Positions 48,835 to 62,284 of a DNA stretch of 64,000 bases are shown in pieces. Location of the stretch: NCBI GenBank assembly GCA_030390025.1, contig CM059431.1, positions 96,660,001 to 96,724,000 on the forward strand. Direction: 5' to 3'. The notes beneath the pieces are model-generated. The model worked only from the letters and a program-made list of their open reading frames with translations, made no database searches and had not been told where the DNA came from. The stretch is from Squalus acanthias. Taxonomy: Eukaryota. The stretch's first letter is position 1; every line of letters begins with the position of its first letter. The position numbers and the translations under genes are program-made.

Positions 48835-49774
48835 TTAGTTTAAAGCCCTCGTTATTCGATTCGCCAGGACACTGGTCCCAGCCTGGTTCAAATGAAGCCC
48901 GTCCCGACGGAACAGCTCCCTCTTATCCCAGTACTGGTGCCAGTGCCCCAGGAATCGAAACCCATTTCTCCCACACCAATCTTTGAGCCACTCGTTCATC
49001 TCTCTGATCTTATTTACCCTATGCCAATTTGCACGTGGCTCAGATAGTAATCCAGAGATTATTAGCTTTGTGGTTCTGCTTTTTAATTTAGCCCCTAGCT
49101 GCTCATACTCCCTCAGCAGAACCTCTTTCTTTGTCCGACCTATGTCGTTGGTACCTACATGGACCACGACAACTGGATCCTCCCCCTCCCACTCTAAGTT
49201 CCACTCCAGCCCAGAGGAGATGTCCTTTACCCTGGAACCGGGCAGGCAACACAGCCTTCGGGACTCATGCTCTTGGCTGCAGAGAACAGTGTCTATCCCC
49301 CTAACTAAACTGTCCCTTACCACTACCACATTTCTTTTTGCTCCCCCCAGTTGAATGGCTCCCTGTACCATGGTGCTGTAGTCAGTTTGCTCATCTCCCT
49401 GCAGTCCCTGGTCTCATCCACACAGGGAGTAAGAACCTCGTAACAGTTGGACAAGAGCAAGGGCTGGGGCTCCTCCACCACTACCACCTGGTTCCCCATA
49501 CCTGCCTCGCTCGTAGTCACACCCACCTGTCCCTGACCACGGACCAAATTTGAATTAATCTAAGAAGTGTGACTGTCTCCTGGGACACAGCATCTAGGTA
49601 ACTCTCCCCCTCCCTGATGTGTCTCAGTGTTTGAAGCTCGGACTCCAGCTCATCAACACGGAGCCGAAGTTCCTCGAGCAACCAACACTTACTGCAAATG
49701 TGGTCGCCGTGGACTTCAATGGTGTCCACCAGCTCCCACATGTTGCAGCAGTAACACATCGCCTGCCCTGCCAT
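48835..49774 (-). pseudogene. CR1 ORF1: Cys-rich/coiled-coil N-terminus + SGNH/GDSL esterase domain, frameshifted
   Basis: CYCCNMW..HICSKCWLLEELRLRV; VVRDSLVR, CLPG, VHVGTND, RDGLHLN motifs. Confidence 0.85.
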
Positions 49775-51629
49775 CTCTAATGTATTTAATGAATTAAGTG
49801 TTTAAAAGTTTTGAACGTTAAGTTTTTAATCCCGGATCTTAATTTAAACCAATGCCCAAGAAAACAGAGAAATACTGACCAACCAATCACTTCCCTGCTT
49901 TCCTGTGACGTCACTCCTTGTTTTTGTTGTCAGGTCCACTGCCTCTACTCTCGGGCCTTCCGCTGCCGCGCTGTTTATTTGCTCCGCCTCCGCTCTTGCT
50001 CCCGCTCAGGTCCGCTGCCTCTGCCTTTTCCGTGATGTCACCTTTTATTTTTCTCAGAATGTGGTTGGGGGTTTCAGAGCCGAACTCCCACTGGTTCTCT
50101 GTCCCCTCTCATGCAGACTTTTAACTCCTGCTCTCCTGGAGGCTGACAAAGATAAAAAAAGAAAGGAGCACCTCCCTCCCCTCCTCACCGAACTCGCACG
50201 TTTACACTCTGTTCCAAGCTGCACTCTATCACAAACTGCACTCTAGCCTCCCTGATTTATACTACTGAGATTTATGAGTCACCTCTCTGGCAGCTGCAGA
50301 TCCAGACCAGTTAATTAATTAACTAGCCCCACCCGCTCTCCAGCACAGAGCTTGCCTTGCCCTGCCCAAGCCTGGAAGAAACTTAAAACTTAAAAACAGT
50401 AAATTTAAGTTAAATGCTCATTGCAAGCACACAAGACTAGATTTTATATTTAAAAAATTAACCCTTAAGATTCACGGAGTACAGAAATCACCAAAAGCTG
50501 GTGCACAGTTACAAAAAGTAATCAAAAAGGCTAGTAAAATGTTGGCCTTTATCTCAAAGAGGGTTGTAGTACAAATGTGGAATTCTTCCCCACCCAACCC
50601 CCAATCCCGCCAACCGCCCCCCCCCCCCCCCCCCGGCTGCAAATGCTGGGGGTCAATTAAAATTTTCAAGACTGAGAGCGATAGATTTTCGTGAGGTAAG
50701 GGTATCAAGTAATATGGATCAAAGGCAGGATAACACTCCTGTGAAGCGCCTTGGGACGTTTTACTACGTTAAACGTGTTGTATAAATACAAGTTGTTGTT
50801 GTTGAGGTACAGATCAGCCATGATCTCATTGAATGGCAAAACAGGCTCAAGGGGCTAAATGGCCTTCCCTTGTTCCAATTTTCCAGTCACTTCACAGAGC
50901 AGCAAAGGGAGTGGACATTGAGCCTTTGTGAAAGTCTGGTCTAAGAGATGGGTTTTGAGAAGGAGAGGTTAAGGGAAGGAGTTCCAAAAAGTAGGGCTGG
51001 GACAGCTGCTCCAGGAGTGGAGTGGAAATCTAACAGGAGGGAATGTACAGGTGATATCAGTTATGGTTTGAAGGGTTTAGGATGAGACACAAGGCTAGAG
51101 AAGATTGCAGAGATAGGATGGGGGAAGGTTTTGTAGATGAGGATTTTAAATTTGATGTATTGAGGAATGGGGAGTCACTATAGCTCAGTGAAGACTGGGG
51201 AAGTGGGAGTAGAGACAGCAACAATAGATTGGATAAGGGTTTTGATGATCGTGGGGGTTAGATAGGGGCAAGGGTGGGCAACGATCTGAAGGCAAAGGCA
51301 AGCGGCCAAGATATGGAGTGTTAAGCTCAGCTTGAGGTTATGTACAGTCTTGTTCAGCTATGCAAGTGGCACAGAATCTGAGGACAATATCGAAAGTAAA
51401 AACCTCAAAACCATGAAAGGAACTAAAAATAGGAAGGTTTCCAGGCTCATTTTGTTTTTATCTAGAAGTTTGGAGAGGAGATAGCGGAGACACAGACAAT
51501 AACTTTACAGAATTTTTTTGGAAACAGGAACTCTTAAGGACTGGAAGGATGTGGGAAACATAACACCTGTGTTCAACAAAAAGGGGCAGGAATAAACCAG
51601 AAAATGACAGGCCTTGCCTCTGTGGCACT

Positions 51630-52223
51630 TGTTGAGTTAACTGTTGGTCAATCACCTTCCTTCTCTCATTCACAACGGCGCTTCGCGTGAGCACAAAATA
51701 CTCAATGATGTAAGTATACGGAACAGACTTTATTGATATCCAGCAGAGGTGATTGAACTAACTGTACACAGCGAATTGATTTTCAATTTCTCTATCTTTC
51801 CAGCTCTCCAACTAACTGTTGAAAAACATGCTCCTTTATACACCTTAGTTTGCCGACATCAAAAGGTACATGTCACAGAAAAGATAGTCTATTTACATGA
51901 ACAGGCTTAGTTGTTCACTTCAAAAGATACTTCCCTGAAACAAGGCTTCCTGATTTCTGTTCTTGAATCCTTTGAGGAGTAGTTTTATTAACAGCTCATC
52001 TTGCAAAACATTCCTTCTATACTCTAGTTAATTGACCCCTCTGCCAATGTTTATTACACCAGTCACTAAAGTTATACTTTAATCATTTGTGATCAATGCT
52101 GTCCCAGTCATGGATTTCCTTGCTGAGGAATCCTGCTGCTTTCCTCTTTATTTTAGAAAGCCTTTTGCTCCAAGATACAAGGCAGTTTGATTATTAACCC
52201 TTAATTCTCCAAGGTGTCCAACA
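51630..52223 (-). mobile_element. Solo LTR, 594 bp
   Basis: TGTTG...CAACA termini; 5-bp TSD GCACT (51625-51629, 52224-52228); minus-strand TATAAA near 51835 and AATAAA near 51730. Confidence 0.7.
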
Positions 52224-54187
52224 GCACTGTATACAAATAATTGGAAGTTCACTGCGTGACTGGGGTCCTGAGCTGCTGCAGTAGGGGGTCGTCATGGCAG
52301 TGTGTAGATGATGGAAAGTAACCCAAGTTCTCTACAGCAGAGACAGGGATATTCAGAAAATGGAAGTTGCAGCAAGCGATACTGGTTGGTAACTGGTATC
52401 ATGCAGATATGAGGGACGACAGTTTAACAGGCCAATTCTACTGCTGATTTTGTTTGTTTTGATTCAGAGATGTTGCACTGCAAAGATGAGAGTTATGGAT
52501 CAGCCCTTCCATTGGTCTAAAGATTAAAGATAGTGAAATTGGCCTTTGGCTGCAGTGCAGAACAGGCGATAACGAATCAGCAACCCGATTTCCATTAACT
52601 TCCATTTTGTACTTTCGCTGAAGACCAATTTCCTCTCCCTTGTGCCGAGAGTGCCTCTGTCACATCTCATCGCGTAGCCGCATATGTCTGTAGGAAATAT
52701 CGGTGGCTGGAGGAAATGAAGGGTTACCTAATGGAGAAATTGGATATTTTATTGGTGATTTAACATGAACAAATCAAAAGTACTTTGATTCCATCAGTAA
52801 TGAAATCATTCCAACCGCCACCCACCCCCCACCCCCCAACCCCCACTCCCCAGTAAAATGTACCAATCCCAAACTGGCAACTCAAAGGAAGCCCCAAATC
52901 AAACCTCTCCAAAACTTTTCTTTAGCTGGTTTGAGCCACCATTCCCTCCCCTCAGGTGAAAATTTGTCAAGAGTAAGATTAATAATGCAAGAAACCTCCA
53001 AAAAAAAATTGTGAATAAAGCACTTTTGTTGCCTCTATGGTGCAGATCCCTAGAAAACATTTTCATGCAGGCTTGTTCCTGGAAAACTTGGCTGGAGTTT
53101 GACTTGTTCGGACTTTTCCCCCACCCTTGAAATCGTCCAGGTTCCTCCTGATTGGCTGCAGTCTGCAAACCACAGCAAGCCATCGCTTCAGATTTTATGG
53201 CATCAAATTATAGTTTAATAGTCTCTCACTAATCTATTGAGTTTCATCACATATTGGAGCTGGAAAGGGAGGAGGGGGTCTTGCATTATATATTAGGATT
53301 TAATCATTGATCCAGACAATGCAAACCAGGACCCTTTGGACCTTATCGATGGACAACGTGCTCTTTGTGTTTATTAAAACAGATTTTACTAATTCAATGT
53401 GCAGGCCTGGGTCCTTCAGCTTTGTTTATTCCCACTAAACCAGGTCAGCAACTCAATAGCCCGATGCGCCCATCTCCTGCACCACTTCACTGGGCAGTAT
53501 TTTTTTTTAATTCATTCACAGGATGTGGACATCGCCGGCTAGGCCAGCATTTATTGCCCATCCCTAATTGCTCGAGAAGGTGGTGGTGAGCTGCCTTCTT
53601 GAACCGCTGCAGTCTGTGTCGTGAAGGTGCTCCCACAGTGCTGTTAGGTAGGGAGGGAGTTACAGGATATTGACCCAGATACGGTGAAGGAAAGGAACTA
53701 TACATTCAAGTCAGGATGGTGTGCAACTTTGAGGTGGTGGTGTTCTCATGCGCCTGCTGCCCTCGTCTTTCTAGGTGGTAGAGGTCGTGGGTTTGGGAGG
53801 TGCTGCCGAAGAAGTCTTGGCAAGTTGCTGCAGTGCATCTTATAGATGGTACACACTGCAGCCACGGTGCGTCATTGGTGAAGGGAGTGAATGTATCAGG
53901 TGGTGGATGGAGTGCCAATCAAGCGGACTGCTTTGTCTTGGATGGTGTCGAGCTTCTTGAGTGTTTTGGAGCTACATTCATCCAGGCAAGTGGAGAGTAT
54001 TCCATCACACTCCTGACTTGTGCCTCGTAGGTGGTGGAAAGGCTGTGGGGAATCAGGAGATGAGACACTCGCCGCAGAATACCCAGCCTCTGACCTGCTC
54101 TTGTAGCCACAGTATTTACTGGTTCAGTTAAGTTTCTGGTCAATGGTGACCCCCAGGATATTTATGGTTGGGGATCTGATGATGGTA

Positions 54188-55693
54188 CATAAGAACATAA
54201 GAAATAGGAGCAGGAGTAGGCCATTCGGCCCTTCGAGCCTGCTCCGCCATTCAATGAGATCATGGCTGATCTTCTGCCTCAACTCCATTCACCGGCCTTA
54301 TCGCCATATCCCTTGATGCCCTTACTTGTCAGAAATCTATCGACTTCTGTTTTGAATATACCCAATGACTGAGCCTCCACAGCCCTCTGGGGTAGAGAAT
54401 TCCAAAGATTCACCACCCTCTGTGTGAAGATATTTCTTCTCATCTCAGTCCTGAATGGCCTACCCTTTATCCTGAGGCTGTGGCCCCTGGTTCTAGACTC
54501 CCCAGCCAAGAGAAACATTCTCCCAGCATCCACCCTATCAAGCCCTGTAATAATTTTGTATGCTTCAATGAGATCCCCTCTCATTCTTCTGAATTCAAGA
54601 GAATACAGGCCTAGTTTACTCAATCTCTTCTCATACAACAGTCCCGCCATCCCAGGAATCAATCTTGTGAACCTTCGTTGCACTCCCTCAATGGCAAGTA
54701 TATCCTTCCTTATGTAAGGAGACCAAAATTGTACACAGTACTCCAGGTGTGGTCTCACCAAGGCCCTATATAATTGGAATAAGACTTCTTTACTCCTGTA
54801 CTCAAATCCTCTTGTAATGAAGGCCAGCATACCATTTGCCTTCCTAATGGCTTGCTGCACCTGCACATTCACTTGCAGTGACTCATGTACAAGGACACCC
54901 AGGTCCCTTTGAGCATCTGCGTTCCCCAATCTTTCACCATTTAGGAAATACTCTGCCTTTCTGTTTTTTCTACCAAAGTGGATAACTTCACATTTATCCA
55001 CATTATAATCCATCTGCCATGCTCTCGCCCACTCACTGAGCCTGTCGAGATCCCCTTGAAGCCTTTTCAAACTGACACTGCCACCTAGCTTTGTGTCATC
55101 AGCAAATTTGGAAATGTTACATTTAGTCCCCTCATCCAATTCATTGATATAGATTGTAAATAGCTGGGGCCCAAGCACCGATCCTTGTGGTACCCCACTA
55201 GTCACAGCCTGCCATCCTGAAAAAGACCCGTTTATCCCTACTCTTTGTTTTCTGTCTGTTAACCAATTCTCAATCCATGCTAGTATATTACCCCCAATTC
55301 CATGTGCCCTAATTTTGTTCACCAGCCTCATGCGTGGGACCTCATCGAAGGCCTTCTGAAAATCCAAATACACCACATCTACCGGTTCGCCTTTGTCTAC
55401 TCCACCAGTTAGATCCTCAAAGAACTCCAATAGGTTTGTCAAACAGGACTTCCCTTACATACATCCATGTCGACTCTGCCCAATCTTACTATTGGTTTCT
55501 AAGTGCCCAGTTATTGCATCCTTTATAATAGATTCCAGCATTTTCCCAACTACTGATATGAGGCTAAAAGGTCTGTAGTTGCCCATTTTCTCTCTCCCTC
55601 CTTTCTTAAATAGCGGGGTTACATTTGCTATCCTCCAATCTGCAGGAAACGTTCCAGAATCTGCAGAATTTTGGAAGTTGACAACCAATGCCA
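54188..55693 (-). mobile_element. CR1 3' part (subfamily C)
   Basis: ORF 54279-55442 (387 aa), near-identical to the copy at about 38000-39187. Confidence 0.95.
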
Positions 55694-56239
55694 TTGAATG
55701 TCAAGGGGCAGTGGTTAGACCTCTCTTGTTGGAGATAGTCATTGCCTGGCACTTGTGTGGTGTGAATGTTACTTGCCACTTATCAGCCCAAGCCTGAATG
55801 CTATCCAGGTCTTGCTGCATGCGGGCATGGACTGCTTCATTATCGGAGGAGTTACGGATGGAACTGAACATCGTGCAATCTTCAGCAATCGTCCCCAATT
55901 CTGACCTTATGATGGAGGGAAGGTCATTGATGAAGCAGCTGAAGATGGTTGGGCCTAGGACACTGCCCTGAGGAACTCCTGCAGCGACATCCTGGGGCTG
56001 AGATGATTGGCCTCCAACATTTACAACCATCTTCCTTTGTGCTAGGTATGACTCCAGCCAGAGGAGAGTCTTCCCCGATTCCCACTGACTTCAGTTTTAC
56101 TCGGGCTCCTTGACGCCACACTCAGTCAAATGCTGCCTTGATGTCAAAGCCAGTCACTCTAACCTCATCTCTGGAAATCAACTTTTCTGTCCCTTTTTGG
56201 CTCAAGGCTATAATGAGGTCTGGAGAGGAATGGTCCTGG

Positions 56240-56903
56240 TGGTTAAAGCAGTTAAAAAAGCATACAGGATCCTGGGCTTCATAAATAGAGGCATAGAGTA
56301 CAAAAGCAAGGAAGTTATGATGAACCTTTATAAAACACTGGTCCGGCCTCAACTGGAGTATTGTTTCCAATTCTGGGCACCGCACTTTAGGAAGGATGTG
56401 AAGGCCTTAGAGAGGGTGCAGAAAAGATTTACAAGAATGGTTCCAGGGATGAGGGACTTCAGTTACGTGGATAGACTGGAGAAGCTGGGGTTGTTATCCT
56501 TAGAGCAGAGAAGGTTGAGAGGAGATTTGATAGAGGTGTTCAAAATCATGAGGGATCTAGACAGAGTAGATAGAGAGAAACTGTTACTGTTGGTGGAAGG
56601 GTCAAGAACCAGAGGACACAGATTTAAGGTAATTGGCAGAAGAACCAAAGGCGACATGAGGAAAAACTTTTTTTACGCAGCGAGTGGTTAGGATCTGGAA
56701 TGCACTGCCTGAAAGGGTGGTGGAGGCAGATTCAATCGTGGCTTTCAAGAGGGAATTGGATAAGTACCTGAAGGAAAACAATTTGCAGGGCTACGGAGAA
56801 AGGACAGGGGAGTGGGACTAGCTGAAGTGCTCTTGCAGAGACCCGGCATGGGCTCAACGGGCCGAATGGCCTCCTTCTATGCTGTAACCATTCTATGATT
56901 CTA
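56240..56903 (+). mobile_element. CR1 3' fragment
   Basis: LGFINRGIEYKS..VRPQLEY; TTCTATGATTCTA tail. Confidence 0.93.
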
Positions 56904-59751
56904 TGGCGGAACCCAAACTGAGCATCGGTGAGCAGGTTATTGGTGAGTAAATGCCGCTTGATAGCACTGTCGATGACACCTTCCATCACTTTGCTGATGA
57001 TTGAGAGTAGAATAATGGGACGGTAATTGGACAGGTTGGATTTGTACTGCTTTTTGTGGACAGATATACCTGAGCAATTTTCCACATTGTCCGGTAGATG
57101 CCAGTGTTGTAGCTGTACTGGAACAGCTTGGCTCGAGGCGCGGCTAGTCCTGGAGCACAAGTCTTCAGCACGATAACCCGGATGTTGTCGAGGCCCATAG
57201 CCTTTGCTGTATCCAGTGCGCTCAGCCGTTTCTGGATATCACATAGAGTGAATCAAATTGGCTGAAGACTGGCATCTGTGATGGTGGAGACCTCAGGAGG
57301 AGGCCGATATGGATCATCCACTCGGCACTTCTGGCTGAAGATGGTTGCCAAAGCTTCAGTCTTGCCTTTTGCATTCACGTGCTGGGCTCCGCCATCATTG
57401 AGGATGAGGATGTTCATGGAGCCTCCTCCTACCGTTTGTTGTTTAATGGTCCACCACCATTCACAACTGGATGTGGCAGGACTGCAGAGCTCTGATCTGT
57501 TCCGTTGATTGTGGTATCGCTTAGCTCTGTCTATAGCATGCTGCTTCCACTATTTAGCATGCATGTAGTCCTGTGTTGTAGTTTCACTTGGTTGGCACCT
57601 GATTTTTAGGTACGCCTGGTGCTGCTCCTGGCATGCTCTTCTACATTGAACCTTATTGAACCAGGATTGGTCCCCTGGCTTGATGGTAATGGTAGAGTGA
57701 GAGATATGCCGGGTCATGAAGTTACAGATTGTGGTGCAATAAAATTCTGCTGCTGCTGATGGCCCACAGCGCCTCATGGATGCCCAGTTTGGAGCTGCTA
57801 GATCTGTTCTGAATCTATCCCATTTAGCACGGTGGCAGTGCCACACAACACGATGGAGGGTGTCCTCAGTGTGAAGATGGGATTTCATCTCTACAGTGAC
57901 TGTGCGGTGGTCACTGCTACCAATACTGTCATGGACAGATGCATCTGCAACAGGTAGATTGGTGAGGACGAGGTCAAGTGGTGTTTTCCCTCGTGTTGGT
58001 TCTCTCACCACCTGTCGCAGGCCCAGACTGGCAGCTATGTCCCTTCAGGGCTCGGCCAGCTCGGTCAGTAGTGGTGCTACTGAGCCACTCTTGGGGATGG
58101 ACATTGAAGTCTCCCACCCAGAGTACATTCTGTGCCTTTGCTACTCTCAGTGCTTCGTCCAAGTGGTGTTCACCATGGAGGAGTACTGATTCATCATCTG
58201 AAAGAGGAAGATAGGTGGTAATCAGCAGGAGGTTTCCTTGCCCATGTTTGATGTCATGAGACTTCATGGGGTCCGCAGTCAATGTTGAGGACTCCCAGGG
58301 CCACTCCCTCCTGGCTGTACACCACTCTGCCACCACCTCTGGTTGGTCTGTCCTGCCAGTGGGACAGGACCTACCCAGCGTTATTGATGGAGGAGTCTGG
58401 GCCGTTGGCTGAAAGCTTTGATTGTGAGTATGACTATGTCTGACTGGTGGTTGACTCGTCTGTGGGATAGCTCTCCCAATTTTTTCACAAGTCCCCAGAT
58501 GTTAGTGAGGAAGACTTTGCTGGGATGACTGAGTTGGGTGTGCCTTTGTCATGTCTGAATCCGATGCCTAGGTCAATGCCGGGTGGTCTGTCCGGTTTTA
58601 TTCTTGTACTTTGTCGTAGTGGTTTGATACAACTGAGTGGCTTGCTAGGCCAGTTCAGAGGGCAGTTAAGAGTCAACCACATTGCTGTGGGTCTGGAGTC
58701 ACCAGGTAAGGACCGCAGGTTTCCTTACCTAAAGGATATGAGTGAACCAGATGGGTTTTTCCGGCAATCTGTTAAGTTTCACGGTCACCATTACTGATAC
58801 TAGCTTTTTATTCCAGATTTATTTAATTAACTGAATTTAAATTCCCCAGCTGCCGTGGTGGGATTTGAACTCATGTCACCAGATCATTAGTCCTGGTCCA
58901 GTAACGTAACCACTATGTTACCACATACAGCCACATGGTCCGGGAACCGCTTGGGGTGGGGGAATAGAGAAAGACCATCAGTCTACAATGGTCTCAAGTC
59001 AGCCTGAGTGCTTCCCAGTCCTGCTGTGCCCACGTGACAAGAGAAACGTTGTACTTCAAATTGTGCCATGGTTTGGTTATTTTCTAACATGCTGAGTGGT
59101 TGAATCTCTTATTTATGTGGATCTGGGCATCTGAGAGAGAACATAAACACAAACACAAACAGCAGAGAAAGAGTAAAGTTTAAAGGTGGGGAATTCTGGA
59201 TGGGCTGTTCATTATCTCGTGATTGAGGAGGAGTTGTGAATAAGAAGTCCGGAGCTGAGACACCTTTATACAGTCAGGACCTTTTTAGCTGTTATAGAAA
59301 CCTTTGGTAAAATGGAAGGTTATTTTCATCTTTTCAAGTTTTGGGACCTTGTGTCAAAAGCTGCCCCCAGCCCCATCTGCTTACTCCGTATCCATCAGTA
59401 AACCGCTCTTCAGAATCTCTCTGCTAAGCTTAAAACAGATATTACAAAAAAGATATTAGAGTAGGAACATGTAAAACAGATTATTTAAAGCTGTATCTGC
59501 AACTGAAAGAGTAAAAGCAGGAAGCCATAATCTAGCTCATGTGCTTTAGCGTAACATCTGGTATTCCTGGTTTGCTGAGAAGTGGTCTAATTTCTTAATT
59601 GTCACCTTATTCATTATCTGTAGTGTTGGTCTGGCCTCAATAAAACCACTTTAGTGGCAAATAAAAAGTTTGTTTTTGAAACACACCCAATTAATATAGG
59701 CCAAAAATAAAAAGCATATACAAGAGAGATTGTGCAAGCAAGTGGGGAAAA

Positions 59752-60192
59752 AAGAACAAACTTGCATTTATACAGCGCATTTCATTACCTCAGTGTCCCA
59801 AAGTGTTTCATAGTCAATTTAGTATTTTTGAAGTGTAGTCACTGTTGTAATGTAGGAAACACGGAAGACAATTTTGTGCAGAGCAAGATCCCACAAACAG
59901 CAATCTGTTTTAGTGATGTTGGTTGATGGATAAATATTGGCCAGGACACTAGGATAATTCCTTTGCTCTTCTTCGAATAGTGACATGGGATCTTTTACAT
60001 CAACCTGGGAGAGCAGACGGGGGCTAGGTTTAACGGCTCATCCAAAAGACAGCACCTCCGACAGTGCAACACTCCCTCAGTACTGCACTGGGAGTGTCAA
60101 CCTGGATTATGGGCTCAAGTCTCTGGAGTGGGACTTGAACCCATGATCTCCTGACTCAGAGACGAGAGGGATACCCACTGAGCCATGGCTGA
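59752..60192 (-). mobile_element. DeuSINE (SacSINE1-like): tRNA head, Deu domain, L2-type tail
   Basis: Minus strand TGGCTCAGTGG A-box and GGTTCAAGTCC B-box; GGAGGTGCTGTCTTTTGGATGAG..AAAAGATCCCATG..GTGTCCTGGCCAA Deu-like core, recognised from memory. Confidence 0.8.
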
Positions 60193-60621
60193 CTAAGAGA
60201 GCTACAAAGACCAACAAAGAGATACAAAGAAAGTAATATGAGCTGCAAAAAGGGAATAAGAAAATAAATTTGCAACAGATATCAAAGCTATTAGACTTAA
60301 TCTGTCTATTAAAGGGATACACAGGGAAAGGATTGGATGGGCCAAATGACCGCCTTCTGTGCTGTAATTTCGATGAGTCTATGATCTGCTGCCAGGTCTT
60401 GGTGATGGCATTGTGCCTGGACACCATCTACTGCCCGATATGATGCACTGTTGTCATTGGAGGTGCCTTAACTGAGAAACTTTCTTTGCACTCACCTCAA
60501 GTAGTACATCCATTTCACCTGCCACAAGAGAGGAGGTAGAGCATCGCGCCCCCTACAGCCTGTGTTGTGTCTCCCCATTAGGTGTTCTATCCTGTTGTTC
60601 ACCTGTCGCTACTCAATAATG

Positions 60622-61030
60622 TATTGTTGTTCAATAGAAATTGCTTATGATCCACAGATGTGGTAAAAATGGTGTTGCCTTAGCCACATGCACTGATTTA
60701 AGTAGAAAATGCCCTACACGCACTCACACAATATAGATAAATGTACTTCACATGTGCATATTTACTTAAACATCTCACCATTCAATAACCAAGGAAGTAA
60801 AGCAGCCACAACCATCAAAAAACACACACACACACTGCTTTTCATTTTACAAACGCACAAAAAGGTTAAAGTTCACATGCATGCACCCTGCAGATATGCG
60901 ATTAGAGATCACATGACCAATGACGGTGTCTGTTACCCACTGTTTCTTTACTAATCAGAAATACAATTAGCCACATCTGGATTCCCAATTAGCCACATGT
61001 GGCTAGTGGCTAACATACTGGACAACACTG
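60622..61030. mobile_element. hAT-Charlie-type MITE, 409 bp
   Basis: Right end TAGCCACATGTGGCTAGTGGCTAACATACTGGACAACACTG; decayed left TIR TATTGTTGTTCAATAGAAA; 8-bp TSD CAATAATG/CAATAGTG. Confidence 0.8.
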
Positions 61031-61254
61031 CAATAGTGTCCTCTACATCACCAGACAATGCAGAAAGTCGACATAAATCTGGAGAATATGGCCTGAGCCA
61101 CAGTCCAAGAGGAGCAATGGAGGGAGCATGAATGTGGTCCTCTGCCTACAGTAGGTTGAGGGAAAGGAAAGTCGACATTTTCCAATCACATCTCACCCTA
61201 CACGGACCTTTCCGACAAGGACTGGCACAAAGCCACCACAAACCACGCATTTGG

Positions 61255-62265
61255 TTCCGCAAGGATCGGTGCTTGGGCCCCAGCTATTCACAATCTATAT
61301 CAATGATTTGGATGAGGGGACTAAATGTAACATTTCCAAATTTGCTGATGACACAAAGCTCGGTGGCAGTGGCAGTTGCGAAGAGGCTTCAAGGGGATCT
61401 CGACAGGCTCAGTGAGTGGGCGAGAACATGGCAGATGGAATATAATGTGGATAAATGTGAAGTTATCCACTTTGGTAGAAAAAACAGAAAGGCAGAGTAT
61501 TTCCGAAATGGTGAAAGATTGGAGAATGCAGATGCTCAAAGGGACCTGGGTGTCCTTGTACATGAGTCACTGAAAGTGAGTGTGCAGGTGCAGCAAGCCA
61601 TTAGGAAGGCAAATGGTATGCTGGCCTTCATTACAAGAGGATTTGAGTACAGGAGTAAAGAAGTCTTACTCCAATTATATAGGGCCTTGGTGAGACCACA
61701 CCTGGAGTACTGTGTACAATTTTGGTCTCCTTACCTAAGGAAGGATATACTTGCCATAGAGGGAGTGCAACGAAGGTTCACGAGATTGATTCCTGGGATG
61801 GCGGGATTGTCGTATGAGAAGAGATTGAGTAAACTAGGCCTGTATTCTCTTGAATTCAGAAGAATGAGAGGGGATCTCATTGAAGCATACAAAATTATTA
61901 CAGGGCTTGATAGGGTGGATGCTGGGAGAATGTTTCCCTTGGCTGGGGAGTCTAGAACCAGGGGCCACAGCCTCAGGATAAAGGGTAGGCCATTCAGGAC
62001 TGAGATGAGAAGAAATTTCTTCACACAGAGGGTGGTGAATCTTTGGAATTCTCTACCCCAGAGAGCTGTGGAGGCTCAGTCATTGGGTATATTCAAAACA
62101 GAAGTCGATAAATTTCTGACAGGTAAAGGCATCAAGGGATATGACGATAGGGCTGGTGAATGGAGTTGAGGCAGAAGATCAGCCATGATCATATTGAATG
62201 GCGGAGCAGGCTCAAAGGGCCGAATGGCCTACTCCTGCTCCTATTTCTTATGTTCTTATGTTCTG
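61255..62265 (+). mobile_element. CR1 3' fragment (subfamily C)
   Basis: Near-identical to 38265-39270; (TTCTTATG)n tail. Confidence 0.95.
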
Positions 62266-62284
62266 CTCTGGCCGCCAGTCTTTC

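Larger units (their letters stand above)
41070..50478 (-). mobile_element. Near-full-length CR1 (5' UTR, ORF1, ORF2, tail), interrupted by a Gypsy
   Basis: ORF2 fragments 41241-43670 and 48316-48729; ORF1 48835-49774; 5' boundary uncertain (50250-50478). Confidence 0.9.
53500..58926 (-). mobile_element. APE-RT LINE of unassigned clade, with tRNA-like 5' head and no visible ORF1; split by two CR1 insertions
   Basis: LTNIWGL, VGDFN, EPTRGKTPLDLVLT, SDH, AQFGFR, QGSVLGP, MEYSPLAW; tail GGGCAATAAATGCTGGCC...GAATGAATTAAAAA; B-box GAGTTCAAATCC at 58861-58872. Confidence 0.88.

Noticed and set aside
52535..52632. Short imperfect inverted repeat GAAATTGGCCTTTGGC / GCTGAAGACCAATTTC
   Set aside because: Possibly a MITE relic, but no TSD and too decayed to support
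58860..58926. tRNA gene
   Set aside because: A/B boxes only; no complete cloverleaf, and embedded in a retroelement head
61132..62169. 345-aa ORF as a host gene
   Set aside because: CR1 ORF2 C-terminus with a chance upstream extension
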